Assembly (NCBI GenBank): GCA_038260095.1
Contig: JBBSOC010000002.1
Location: 14,411-78,410 of the forward strand
Length of the DNA stretch: 64,000 bases
Direction: 5' to 3'
Source of the DNA: Mycobacteriales bacterium
GTDB taxonomy: Bacteria > Actinomycetota > Actinomycetes > Mycobacteriales > QHCE01
This document shows positions 1 through 8,020 of this stretch, piece after piece. Numbering within the stretch: position 1 is the first letter of the stretch; each line of letters opens with the position of its first letter. The notes under the pieces are model-generated. The model searched no databases and was not told the DNA's origin. It saw only the letters and a program-made list of their open reading frames with translations. The position numbers and the translations under genes were made by a program.

Positions 1-1
1 G

Positions 2-163
2 ATCCAGCATTTTTTCGAGGTATATAAGGACCTCGAGCCAGGCAAGTCTGTGGAGGGCGCTACCTGGGTGGGCCGAGTTGAAGCCGAGGAAGAGATCGAA
101 GTTTCGCGCAGGCGGCTAGCAGATAATCCCGGGCATTCAAGCGCAACGCCGCGTGGCCTTTAA
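2..163 (+). CDS. ppa: inorganic pyrophosphatase, C-terminal fragment (gene runs off the 5' edge)
   Basis: Frame 2 reads IQHFFEVYKDLEPGKSVEGATWVGRVEAEEEIEVSRRRL...* with TAA at 161-163. The HFFxxYKDLEPGK block is the conserved C-terminal signature of soluble family I PPases. Confidence 0.75.
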   Translation: MQHFFEVYKDLEPGKSVEGATWVGRVEAEEEIEVSRRRLADNPGHSSATPRGL

Positions 164-174
164 GTGTTTTAGGC

Positions 175-266
175 CTCAGTCCCTAAAGCACTCTAGGTAC
201 TGAGTCGTGATACTTAACTATCACGACTCGTGTTCTATGATACCTAAAGCGCTTTAGGTATCATAG
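175..266. promoter_or_regulatory. three consecutive palindromes between the ppa stop and the fic start (candidate operator array and/or ppa terminator)
   Basis: P1 175-204 is an imperfect 30-bp palindrome (24/30 self-complementary). P2 has perfect 11-bp arms, gagtcgtgata (202-212) and tatcacgactc (219-229). P3 235-266 is a perfect 32-bp palindrome, ctatgatacctaaagc|gctttaggtatcatag. P1 and P3 share CCTAAAGC; P2 and P3 share TGATAC/GTATCA half-sites. P3 ends 27 bp before the ATG at 293. Confidence 0.45.
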
Positions 267-292
267 ATGCAGTCGATGGATAAGTAGGTCCC

Positions 293-1447
293 ATGCGCCC
301 CGAGGATGTCTCGCCGGCCCAACGCAAGCACATAACCCATGCAGAGCGGGGGTATGGGGCATTCGTGCCGCCGCCGCTGCCGCCACAGGTGATTTTCGAC
401 AACCAGCTGGTAAACGCGCTTTCAGCAGCCGACCGCGCCGTGGGCGCACTTGCCGGCATCGGCAAAACACTTCCCAGTGCTTATCTACTAGCGCATGCCC
501 TCGTTCGCCGAGAAGCTGTGCTATCCAGTCGCATCGAGGGTACCCAAACCACTCTCTCCGAGCTGGCGCTATTTGAGGTTGAACCATATCCCCGAGAAGA
601 TGGATCAGATGTAGCGGAGGTGTTTAACTACGTCGATGCACTCAAGCACGTGCTCGCCGTGGATCGGCGATTGCCTCTAAGCCTGCCTCTGCTTTTGGAG
701 GCCCACAAGATTTTGATGACCGGAGTGCGCGGGGGCCACGCTACTCCCGGCGAGTTCCGCCGATCCCAAAACTGGATTGGACCGCCCGGCGTCTTACTGG
801 ATCAGGCTACCTATGTTCCGCCGCCGCTGGAGCGACTTTGGGAGTGCCTAGACGCATTCGAGAAATATTTACACGCCGATCGCACGCTGCCACCCCTCAT
901 GGCGATTGCCTGCCTGCACTACCAGTTCGAAGCAATTCACCCATTCATCGATGGAAACGGCCGCATAGGCCGCCTATTGATAACGCTGCTACTAGTGGAA
1001 TGGGGCCTGCTGCCAGCGCCGTTGCTAGACCTTTCGGCATACCTAGAACCGCGTCGAGATGAGTACTACACCCGATTACTGGCGGTAAGTATGCACGGCG
1101 ATTGGCCTGGCTGGATAGAGTTTTTTTTGGGTGTGGTCGCGCATCAGGCCGACGACGTGACGCGACGGGCCACAGCGCTTCAAGCTCTGCGCGGGGAGTA
1201 TCGAACCCAGGTGACATCAGCACGTGCGTCCAGTCTGCTTCCACGACTGGTGGACGCGCTGTTTGAAACTCCAGCCATGACCATCGGGCGCGCCGCTGAG
1301 CTGCTCGGGGTCACCCACCGATCGGCAGCACTCAATGTAGGCAAGCTCGTGAACGCAGGTGTTTTAACTGAAGTCAAGCCCAACGGGCGCACCCGACTCT
1401 TTCTTGCCGCAGAGATCCTTCGGGTGCTAAACGGGGAGCTCACGTAG
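293..1447 (+). CDS. Fic/DOC family protein (AMPylase-type) with C-terminal HTH-like domain
   Basis: 384-aa ORF with the canonical Fic motif HPFIDGNGRIGR. An N-terminal SSRIEG matches the (S/T)xxxE(G/N) auto-inhibitory helix motif. The C-terminus, MTIGRAAELLGVTHRSAALNVGKLVNAGVL, looks like a winged HTH. Confidence 0.85.
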   Translation: MRPEDVSPAQRKHITHAERGYGAFVPPPLPPQVIFDNQLVNALSAADRAVGALAGIGKTLPSAYLLAHALVRREAVLSSRIEGTQTTLSELALFEVEPYPREDGSDVAEVFNYVDALKHVLAVDRRLPLSLPLLLEAHKILMTGVRGGHATPGEFRRSQNWIGPPGVLLDQATYVPPPLERLWECLDAFEKYLHADRTLPPLMAIACLHYQFEAIHPFIDGNGRIGRLLITLLLVEWGLLPAPLLDLSAYLEPRRDEYYTRLLAVSMHGDWPGWIEFFLGVVAHQADDVTRRATALQALRGEYRTQVTSARASSLLPRLVDALFETPAMTIGRAAELLGVTHRSAALNVGKLVNAGVLTEVKPNGRTRLFLAAEILRVLNGELT

Positions 1448-1484
1448 CCGAAGGGTTGGGATGAACAAGCCACAGAGTCGAGGG

Positions 1485-1753
1485 CTACGCCCGATCTTCA
1501 TACACCTTGCTACGATGGGCTATCCGCACAACATCAATGGCGAGGCGGTCGTCGTAAATGCCGTAGGCAATACGGTAGTTTGCGCCTACCCGGATACGCC
1601 AGGTGTGTTGCTCTCCGACAAGTTTCTTCACGCCATGCGGTCGGGGCTCGTCAGCGAGCGCGCCGATAGCCGTAACCATCTGTTGCTGCACCTGCAGGGG
1701 AAGCTTTTAAGCTCACGCCTTGCCCTAGAGAGGTATTCAATCTTGTAGGCCAC
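1485..1753 (-). pseudogene. RelE/ParE-family toxin, apparently frameshifted
   Basis: The C-terminal frame (ORF 1485-1691) reads ...KLPLQVQQQMVTAIGALADEPRPHGVKKLVGEQHTWRIRVGANYRIAYGIYDDRLAIDVVRIAHRSKVY. The N-terminus, VAYKIEYLSRARRELK, lies in another frame starting at GTG 1753-1751, which overlaps the antitoxin TAG. The two frames join seamlessly if the coding-strand A4 run (plus-strand T run 1705-1708) were A5. Confidence 0.7.
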
Positions 1754-2037
1754 TAGATCAAACCAAGCTCTGCCTTGATGGACTCATGCGAGTAGCGCGG
1801 CCCACCCTCGGCTTTAGCCTCCTTTGCCGCGGCTATATCCTCAGCATCTTCTAGGGCCTCAATCGCTGCTGTAACAGCCGCCGCACCGGCGGCAGCCACC
1901 TCAAGGGGTACAACCGCGGCAAATTTGACGCCCGCATGGGTCAGGTACACCACCTTGCCATGCTCGGCGTCGGCCATAGCATCCCTAATCGGCTCGGGCA
2001 GCTCAGCCCTGGCGGGGGACTCATAGGTAGTGGTCAT
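1753..2037 (-). CDS. Phd/YefM-type antitoxin
   Basis: 94-aa ORF with N-terminal GKVVYLTHAGVKFAAVVPLE and an Ala/acidic-rich C-terminus. Its stop overlaps the start of the downstream toxin frame (TAGTG). Confidence 0.7.
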   Translation of the reverse strand: MTTTYESPARAELPEPIRDAMADAEHGKVVYLTHAGVKFAAVVPLEVAAAGAAAVTAAIEALEDAEDIAAAKEAKAEGGPRYSHESIKAELGLI

Positions 2038-2202
2038 GACTTTAACTCTACGCGCTCAGGCGGCGGAAATTTCATCGTTGCCACCATTAGGCAAACAATC
2101 ACGAGTAACAGCATCCACCTTCTACCCGATTACCTGTCGCATGTCGCCGACATTCGTGCCGAGCAGTGGGTCTGACCAAATACTCTAGAAAGGAGGTAAC
2201 GG

Positions 2203-2424
2203 GTGAGCTTTTGGATCGTCGTTAGCCTACTGATTGTCTTATACCTGATCGCTTCTAATCGGTGGCCATTCATCGCATGCGGCTGCTGTAGCGGCACCGG
2301 CAAACACAATAGTCCCACAGGTAGGGCGTGGCGAAAATGTCGACGGTGCAAAGGCAACGGATCACAGCTCAGAGCCGGACGCAAGTTTTGGCTGCGGACA
2401 CGAGGAGTACCCAGTAAAAAGTAA
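2203..2424 (+). CDS. small membrane-anchored protein with a DnaJ-type CxxCxGxG zinc-finger pair
   Basis: A strong SD (gaaaggagg) lies 6 nt before the GTG. The 73-aa product has an N-terminal hydrophobic helix (FWIVVSLLIVLYLIA), then CGCCSGTG and CRRCKGNG (two CxxCxGxG motifs) and a basic tail. Confidence 0.6.
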   Translation: MSFWIVVSLLIVLYLIASNRWPFIACGCCSGTGKHNSPTGRAWRKCRRCKGNGSQLRAGRKFWLRTRGVPSKK

Positions 2425-2476
2425 TTAAGTCGAAGATCGAGCCTCAGCCAGGCAAGCTCGGAACGTAAGGCCATGC

Positions 2477-2776
2477 CTACGGTCGGCGGAAGATGTCGTG
2501 GCTGCCCACGCGGCGCCAGATGACGTGTGGCTCACCGATTTTCTGCTGCTCGCCATAGGCGAAAGTAGCCCTGCCATCCGGTGCCCATGTCAGCTCCTAC
2601 GCTCCTTCGTGCCCGGCTACAGGCTTAAGGCGTAATCCTTTAGGCAGATCCCCACCTCGTCGCAGCGCTTCGACAAATTTAGAAACACTTCGACGGAAAG
2701 CCGCCCGCTGGGAAGGGGTCAGCTTGCCCATGTCCCGCCGAAAGTGAGGCGCACGCCCATCATATGTCGGCGTCAC
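2477..2776 (-). pseudogene. RelE/ParE-superfamily toxin with an in-frame TAG
   Basis: The minus strand from GTG 2776-2774 reads VTPTYDGRAPHFRRDMGKLTPSQRAAFRRSVSKFVEALRRGGDLPKGLRLKPVAGHEGA*ELTWAPDGRATFAYGEQQKIGEPHVIWRRVGSHDIFRRP*. The internal TAG is at 2597-2599, and TGG would give the expected ...GAWELTWAPDGRATF. The GTG overlaps the antitoxin TGA (GTGA). Confidence 0.65.
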
Positions 2777-3087
2777 CTAGACTGTCGATTCTTCTCGCAG
2801 TTCAGCTCATCAATCAAAGCGTCCAGCGACGCTAGGAACTCCTCGCCGGTCATGGCCACCGATTTCCGATTAGGGTCGGCGAGCTCGGCGTCTACTTCGC
2901 GTTCGCCTTCCTGCCACTCTGGAGTCCAAAACCACCACTGCTCGGGATCGATAGGGGTCACTACCGCCACGGGGCGACCATCACGCGACAGCGGAACCAC
3001 CTGACCGGCGACCACAGCGTCGTCGTCTGCGGCCGGGATAACCAGCTGCGCACCCGAAGGTAGCTCATAAGCGTGGGCGGTAGTCAT
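2773..3087 (-). CDS. antitoxin partner of the 2477-2776 toxin relic
   Basis: The frame is open over 2773-3144; the likely start is the ATG at 3087 (MTTAHAYELPSGAQLVIPA...). The C-terminal WFWTPEWQEGEREVDAELA motif recalls antitoxins paired with this toxin type (recognised from memory, not searched). It is translationally coupled to the toxin frame. Confidence 0.5.
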   Translation of the reverse strand: MTTAHAYELPSGAQLVIPAADDDAVVAGQVVPLSRDGRPVAVVTPIDPEQWWFWTPEWQEGEREVDAELADPNRKSVAMTGEEFLASLDALIDELNCEKNRQSR

Positions 3088-3204
3088 AGCTTCTACTGTA
3101 CGTGCCGCTCTATGCCGTGTCACCAGAACTGCAGACAATGCCATGCGAGCGCCGCCGGATCAGTCTGTTTGGGGCCGAAGGTGACTGCATTTTTCGGTCA
3201 AAGA

Positions 3205-3280
3205 TGGAGCCGCCTGTCGGAATCGAACCGACGACCTGCTCATTACGAATGAGCTGCTCTGCCGACTGAGCTAAGGCGGC
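3205..3280 (-). tRNA. tRNA-Thr (anticodon CGU), CCA encoded
   Basis: The reverse complement is gccgccttagctcagtcggcagagcagctcattcgtaatgagcaggtcgtcggttcgattccgacaggcggctcca. The acceptor stem is GCCGCCT/AGGCGGC, the anticodon loop is ttCGTaa, and the T-arm is GGTTCGATTCC. Confidence 0.9.
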
Positions 3281-3345
3281 GGGGATGATGCTGGTGCGCA
3301 GATGAGTGTAGCGCGCTACACCGCCGCCGGCGGATTGCCGGTCAA

Positions 3346-4515
3346 CTACCCTTCATGCAGTGTGAGCATCATCGCCTCCACCGCGATCCGCGGCTTGACA
3401 TTTTCGGCGATCGCGTCGCGACAGGCCAGCACCGCGTCGATCCGCCGCACGATCGACTCCGCCGACCAGCGCGCCGCGGCGGCCTGAGAAACCTCAGCGA
3501 CATCGGGATGCACCAATTCGCTTCCCGCGCCAACGCACACCATCAACACATCACGGTAAAAGGCTGCCAAGTCCACCAACGCGCGATCCAAGCAGTCTCG
3601 GCGGGTGCGCGTAGCGCGCGACTTCTGTTTTCGTGCGAGCTCTTTTTGCGCGGCAGAAGCCCCCCGTGCAGCTGCCTGTGAGCCCTTACCGGAGCCGCCA
3701 GCACCCAGTGCCCGGGTAAGCTGCTCGGACTCGTATTCATCCGATTCGCCGATGAGCGCGCTGGCCTGAGCATCAGTTTGTTTAATCAGCTCATCGGCCG
3801 CGGCAAAACATGCGCCCACACCAGACAAGGAACGAGGCAGCCCTAAAACCGCGGCACGATGCTGCTGGGCCGCGGCGTCTACAGCAAGCCGACGCGCCCG
3901 TCCTACATGGCCTTGCGCCGCCGCGGCCGCCCACTGCGCCGTTCGCGGCGACACCCCGTCTCGCCGCACCAATACACTGGCCACCGCATCCGAGGATGGC
4001 GAGCGCAACATCACTAGGCGGCATCGCGAGCGCAATGTCACACTCACATCCTCTGGATGGATAGAAGGGGCGCACAGCAAAAATATTGTGCGCGCGGCGG
4101 GTTCTTCCACGGCTTTCAGTAGGGCATTCGCCGCGGCCTCGGTGAGCCGGTCGGCATCTTCGATCAACAGAATTTGCCATCTGCCGACCGTGGGCGAACT
4201 TGCTGCGCGCAACACTAGCGCCCGCATGTCATCCACACCGATGGTCAGGCCTTCCGGTATCACGCGGCGCACATCGGCATGGCTGCCCGCCAACGTTGTA
4301 TGGCACGCGTGGCACGCACCGCAACCGCCCTGTTCACATTGCAGTGCCGCGGCGAACGCCAGCGCCGCCACCGAACGACCAGAACCGGCTGGACCAGTGA
4401 ACAACCACGCATGAGTCATGGCCGCATTGGCGGCTCCGGTTGAGGAACGCCGTGCCGCGGCCTGCAGCATGACCAACGCGTCCTGTTGACCGACAAGCGC
4501 CTCAAATACACTCAC
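3346..4515 (-). CDS. holB: DNA polymerase III subunit delta'
   Basis: 389 aa with HAWLFTGPAGSGRSVAALAFAAALQC and a Cys-rich zinc module (CGACHACH), followed by SRC-like RSRC. The position next to tmk is typical of holB. Confidence 0.85.
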   Translation of the reverse strand: MSVFEALVGQQDALVMLQAAARRSSTGAANAAMTHAWLFTGPAGSGRSVAALAFAAALQCEQGGCGACHACHTTLAGSHADVRRVIPEGLTIGVDDMRALVLRAASSPTVGRWQILLIEDADRLTEAAANALLKAVEEPAARTIFLLCAPSIHPEDVSVTLRSRCRLVMLRSPSSDAVASVLVRRDGVSPRTAQWAAAAAQGHVGRARRLAVDAAAQQHRAAVLGLPRSLSGVGACFAAADELIKQTDAQASALIGESDEYESEQLTRALGAGGSGKGSQAAARGASAAQKELARKQKSRATRTRRDCLDRALVDLAAFYRDVLMVCVGAGSELVHPDVAEVSQAAAARWSAESIVRRIDAVLACRDAIAENVKPRIAVEAMMLTLHEG

Positions 4516-6638
4516 CAGGGCGCGTCCGTCGGAGCCGTTGCTGAATCTGCCGCAAGGGGAGCCGCCGGACCTAAGTTGCTGGGGGGAGCGGCGTCACCAC
4601 TAACCGGTACGCTCCCAGCTGACCGCGGCCCAACCATCTGGTCGGGAAGCATAGCTAGCAGCTTGCTGCGGATCTGCTCAGCGAGCTCTTCGAGATTACT
4701 GGCGCCGTCGAGCACCAAATACCGCGAAGGGCAAGCGTTGGCTCGGTCTAAAAACGCCTCACGCACTCGTTGGTGGAACGCCAATGCTTGCCCTTCAATC
4801 CGGTCATGCGCTCCGCGCTCACCAACCCGAGCCAGCCCCACCCGAGGGTCAATATCCAGCAGCACTACTAGGTCCGGTTTCAACGTCTGACTGGCCCAAT
4901 CTGACAACCAGGCCACTTCTGCCAGCGGCAAGCCTCGACCAGCACCCTGATAGGCCAGCGACGAATCGACATAGCGGTCGCTGACCACAACGCACCCGCG
5001 GCGCAGCGCGGGCCGGATCACCGTCTCCACATGCTGGGCTCGATCAGCGGCGTACAGCAATGCCTCAGTCCGCGGCGTCGGGGCTTGTGCTTCCACACCC
5101 AATACCAACGTGCGAACCCGTCCACCTAGCTGCGTGCCGCCGGGTTCCCGCGTAAGCACAGCGCTGCAGCCCACTTCCAGTAGCCAATCAGCCAACCGCT
5201 GCGCCTGCACGGATTTACCCGCGCCCTCACCACCTTCGAGTACCACGAAGACCCCACCTGGCTCGCTGCCGGGAATAGACAACGGTCGACCTCGCATACA
5301 GGCCCATAAGTCCGCCAGCACCGGCACGCCTGGCTTGTCGTCCATGCGGCGAAACGCCACTACACCGGTGATGATGCCCAGCGCGCCGCCCACAGCCAGC
5401 AGTACTCGTGCGGCGCTGATCGAAATATCCAACGACCCCAACGAAAAATGTCTAGATCCGACTAAACCCCCCAACACTGACGCACCAGCGATAGCCAGCA
5501 TCAGTACAACACGCACCATCGACTGCACGAACGCGAAAATCCGACCCCGCAGGGCATCGGCAACCTCCACACCCAGCAGAGTCATTCCGGATAGGTATGC
5601 CATTCCCGCGCCCATACCCACGAATAACACCAACGGCATAGCGGCCGCCAGATGCGGCGCGATAGCAAGCAGCGCCACGGAGGCACCCGCGAACACAATG
5701 CTGATTCCAAACCAGCGCCGACGAGATAGATCTCGTACCAACGCGGGACCAGAAGCCATTCCCAGGCCCAGGCCAACAAAGATGGTGCCAAATAGCAGAC
5801 CAAATGCGGCGTTACCGCCAGAAAGGCTGGCCGCGTAAAACTTGGCGACGCCAATCACAACCCCACCAGCCGCGAACGCTCCCAAGATTCCATACACCAG
5901 GCCCCGCACCATGGGAGTGCGTCGAACAAAGTTCCAGCCGTCAGCCAATGACCGAAACAAGCTTGGCGCACGTGTAGCCGAGCCAGGTTCACTGGTGCGC
6001 CGACCAGAGAGCTGCGGAATGAAGAACAGCACCACCGTGGCCGCTGTAAGAAATGTTACGGCGTTGATGTATAACGCCCAATCCAACGGTGAAATCCAGA
6101 GGCGGGATGGGTGGTCGTCGACCAACAGCAGCAGACCTCGCGACAGCGCGGCAATGATCAACGCCGCCAGCACAGGAGTTACACCGAAGGTAGTAATTAA
6201 GCTGAGCTGATTAGCGGCCTCGAGCCGTTGCTGCGGAACGAGGTTAGGCACCGAGGCTTCTTTGGCTGGAATCCAAAACATCCCCACTACCTCAGTGAGG
6301 AATGTTGCCACCAGCGCCCACGTCACTGCCACCGGCGCGGAATCAGCCAGCAGCGCTACGGTGGGAATCGAGGCGAATAGCGCGAAACGCAGCAGATCAC
6401 AGAACGCCATAGTCCGACGGCGATCAAATCGGTCAGCGAAAACCCCAGCCAGCGGACCAAGTAGTAGCGCCGGCAGCAAGCGGACCACGATAACGCCACC
6501 AAAAGCCGCCCCTTGAGCGGTAGAACCCTGCACCTGCGCGGCCGCGAACAAACTTGTCGCGAGCAGTCCCAACCAGTCACCGAAGCTCGACAACCCCAGA
6601 ACGAGCCAGAGCCGGCGGAAAGGAGCGATTCGGAGCAC
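4512..6638 (-). CDS. tmk: MFS-type membrane domain fused to thymidylate kinase
   Basis: Single 708-aa ORF. Roughly the first 450 aa are polytopic and hydrophobic (MFS/EntS-like). The C-terminus carries the Tmk P-loop, VFVVLEGGEGAGKSVQAQRLADWL, then TREPGGT and DRYVDSSLAYQG. Confidence 0.8.
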   Translation of the reverse strand: MLRIAPFRRLWLVLGLSSFGDWLGLLATSLFAAAQVQGSTAQGAAFGGVIVVRLLPALLLGPLAGVFADRFDRRRTMAFCDLLRFALFASIPTVALLADSAPVAVTWALVATFLTEVVGMFWIPAKEASVPNLVPQQRLEAANQLSLITTFGVTPVLAALIIAALSRGLLLLVDDHPSRLWISPLDWALYINAVTFLTAATVVLFFIPQLSGRRTSEPGSATRAPSLFRSLADGWNFVRRTPMVRGLVYGILGAFAAGGVVIGVAKFYAASLSGGNAAFGLLFGTIFVGLGLGMASGPALVRDLSRRRWFGISIVFAGASVALLAIAPHLAAAMPLVLFVGMGAGMAYLSGMTLLGVEVADALRGRIFAFVQSMVRVVLMLAIAGASVLGGLVGSRHFSLGSLDISISAARVLLAVGGALGIITGVVAFRRMDDKPGVPVLADLWACMRGRPLSIPGSEPGGVFVVLEGGEGAGKSVQAQRLADWLLEVGCSAVLTREPGGTQLGGRVRTLVLGVEAQAPTPRTEALLYAADRAQHVETVIRPALRRGCVVVSDRYVDSSLAYQGAGRGLPLAEVAWLSDWASQTLKPDLVVLLDIDPRVGLARVGERGAHDRIEGQALAFHQRVREAFLDRANACPSRYLVLDGASNLEELAEQIRSKLLAMLPDQMVGPRSAGSVPVSGDAAPPSNLGPAAPLAADSATAPTDAPW

Positions 6639-6970
6639 CGCCCGTACACTGGCGAAATCAGCAGCGGAGCTTGAGGGCTTTAATTCAGTGCTGATGAGGA
6701 ATCTCCTTACCTGGGGGCGTCAAGACCGCGGGCGGATAGCACCGTAAACCTGAGTAAAGGTGACAACCGCGCAGGCACATGACGAACTTGCCTCCACACT
6801 CTAACCTGAGCGGCGTTCCCTAGCGGGTGGCTATGGCAAATTACGAGCGCTACCTCACATGAAAAACCCGAGTGCACCTTGCAGCCATCAGATAACTGGG
6901 ATGCCGCGCTGAAAACCCTCAGCCAACTCTCCAACAAACAAATCCTGCAGCTCTCTCGCAGTAAATCGGC

Positions 6971-7939
6971 CTATACCAGCGGACCGTCGTCGTTGCGGAG
7001 TGTGGTTACCCAGTACGAGTACAGACCGACCTCACCCGTGAGCGCCGCCAGATATGCAGTCGCCGCATTGGCAACCAGCAATCGAGGCAACAGAGCGATA
7101 AGGGCCTTTGCTAGCCGCTGGTGCCGAAAGAAGCGCTCACCCAATTCGACTATTCGCCGCACCGAAGGCAGCACCATGAGGCTGACGTCCTCATCCCCGA
7201 CAACCGTGAATCTCTGGCCTCGGGCGTGCTCGACGACTGCGGGATAGCTTTCCATCCCACCCAGCGCCATGCCGCCTTCAAAGAACAATCGCCCGACTCG
7301 CTCGGTTTCGTTAACCGGCTCCCGTGCGCGGTAACCGTCTGACATCATAAACAGCCCACCAGGCTCGAGGACTCGACGGAGCTGAGCAAAAAACAGGGCC
7401 TTTGTACTGCTATGACACAGGCCCTCGACTATAAAGGCCACACCAAACTCAGCCACACCAAACTGGCTAAGATCGTGATAGTTCCCTTCCACCAGCCGGA
7501 CATTTGGCATACGGACCAGCCGCTTGCGGGCTTGATCGATCTGGCCGTTGGGTAAGTCCAACCCCACAAACTGAACGTCGGGAAACCTCTCGGCGAGGTA
7601 ACGCAGGTTAGCGCCCTGGCCGGTTGCGAGCTCGAGCACCTTTTTTGTACCGGTGTCTCGGATGAGCTGTCCAACTATGCGAACGACCTCTTCGTAGTCG
7701 GTCGGTTTGAGCTGACCATCACGACTGATACCGAAATGGACATAACCGTTACGGTTGTGAAACCAGCGGTATGCGAGTTTGCATACTCGATAATAGCGGG
7801 CCGTAATCTTGGAATCGGTGAAGTCGGGGCGCTCGAAGCTGTTGACATCAAACCAATCCGTCAGCTGTGCCACCCGCGCCGCGTATTCTCGTGCAGCCGC
7901 TGAGGAGTGCTCCGCAGCTTCGTCTCGGCAACTTGTCAT
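6971..7939 (-). CDS. class I SAM-dependent methyltransferase
   Basis: 322 aa with a motif I-like VLELATGQGANLRYL followed by FVGLDL. No specific substrate family was recognised. Confidence 0.6.
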   Translation of the reverse strand: MTSCRDEAAEHSSAAAREYAARVAQLTDWFDVNSFERPDFTDSKITARYYRVCKLAYRWFHNRNGYVHFGISRDGQLKPTDYEEVVRIVGQLIRDTGTKKVLELATGQGANLRYLAERFPDVQFVGLDLPNGQIDQARKRLVRMPNVRLVEGNYHDLSQFGVAEFGVAFIVEGLCHSSTKALFFAQLRRVLEPGGLFMMSDGYRAREPVNETERVGRLFFEGGMALGGMESYPAVVEHARGQRFTVVGDEDVSLMVLPSVRRIVELGERFFRHQRLAKALIALLPRLLVANAATAYLAALTGEVGLYSYWVTTLRNDDGPLV

Positions 7940-8020
7940 GGAAATCAGGTTAATGCAGCATTGCCCTGAACGTCGCTCTAGCCTACGGCAAGCATCAGTG
8001 CGCTATGGCGTGTGCCTTAC

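Noticed and set aside
2431-2459. Similarity between gagcctcagccaggcaagctcgg and the ppa 3' end (ctcgagccaggcaagtc, 29-45), considered as a possible att-type duplication.
   Set aside because: Only a 10-mer (gccaggcaag) is shared. Matches of that length are expected by chance many times in 64 kb.
5110-5838. Long antisense ORFs opposite real genes, for example 5110-5838(+), 9671-10522(+), 16202-17029(+), 18276-18974(+), 52164-52700(+), 53583-54269(+) and 60618-61127(-).
   Set aside because: These are typical shadow ORFs of high-GC DNA. They have Ala/Arg/Pro/Ser-rich low-complexity translations and no motifs, and each is fully overlapped by a strongly supported gene on the other strand.
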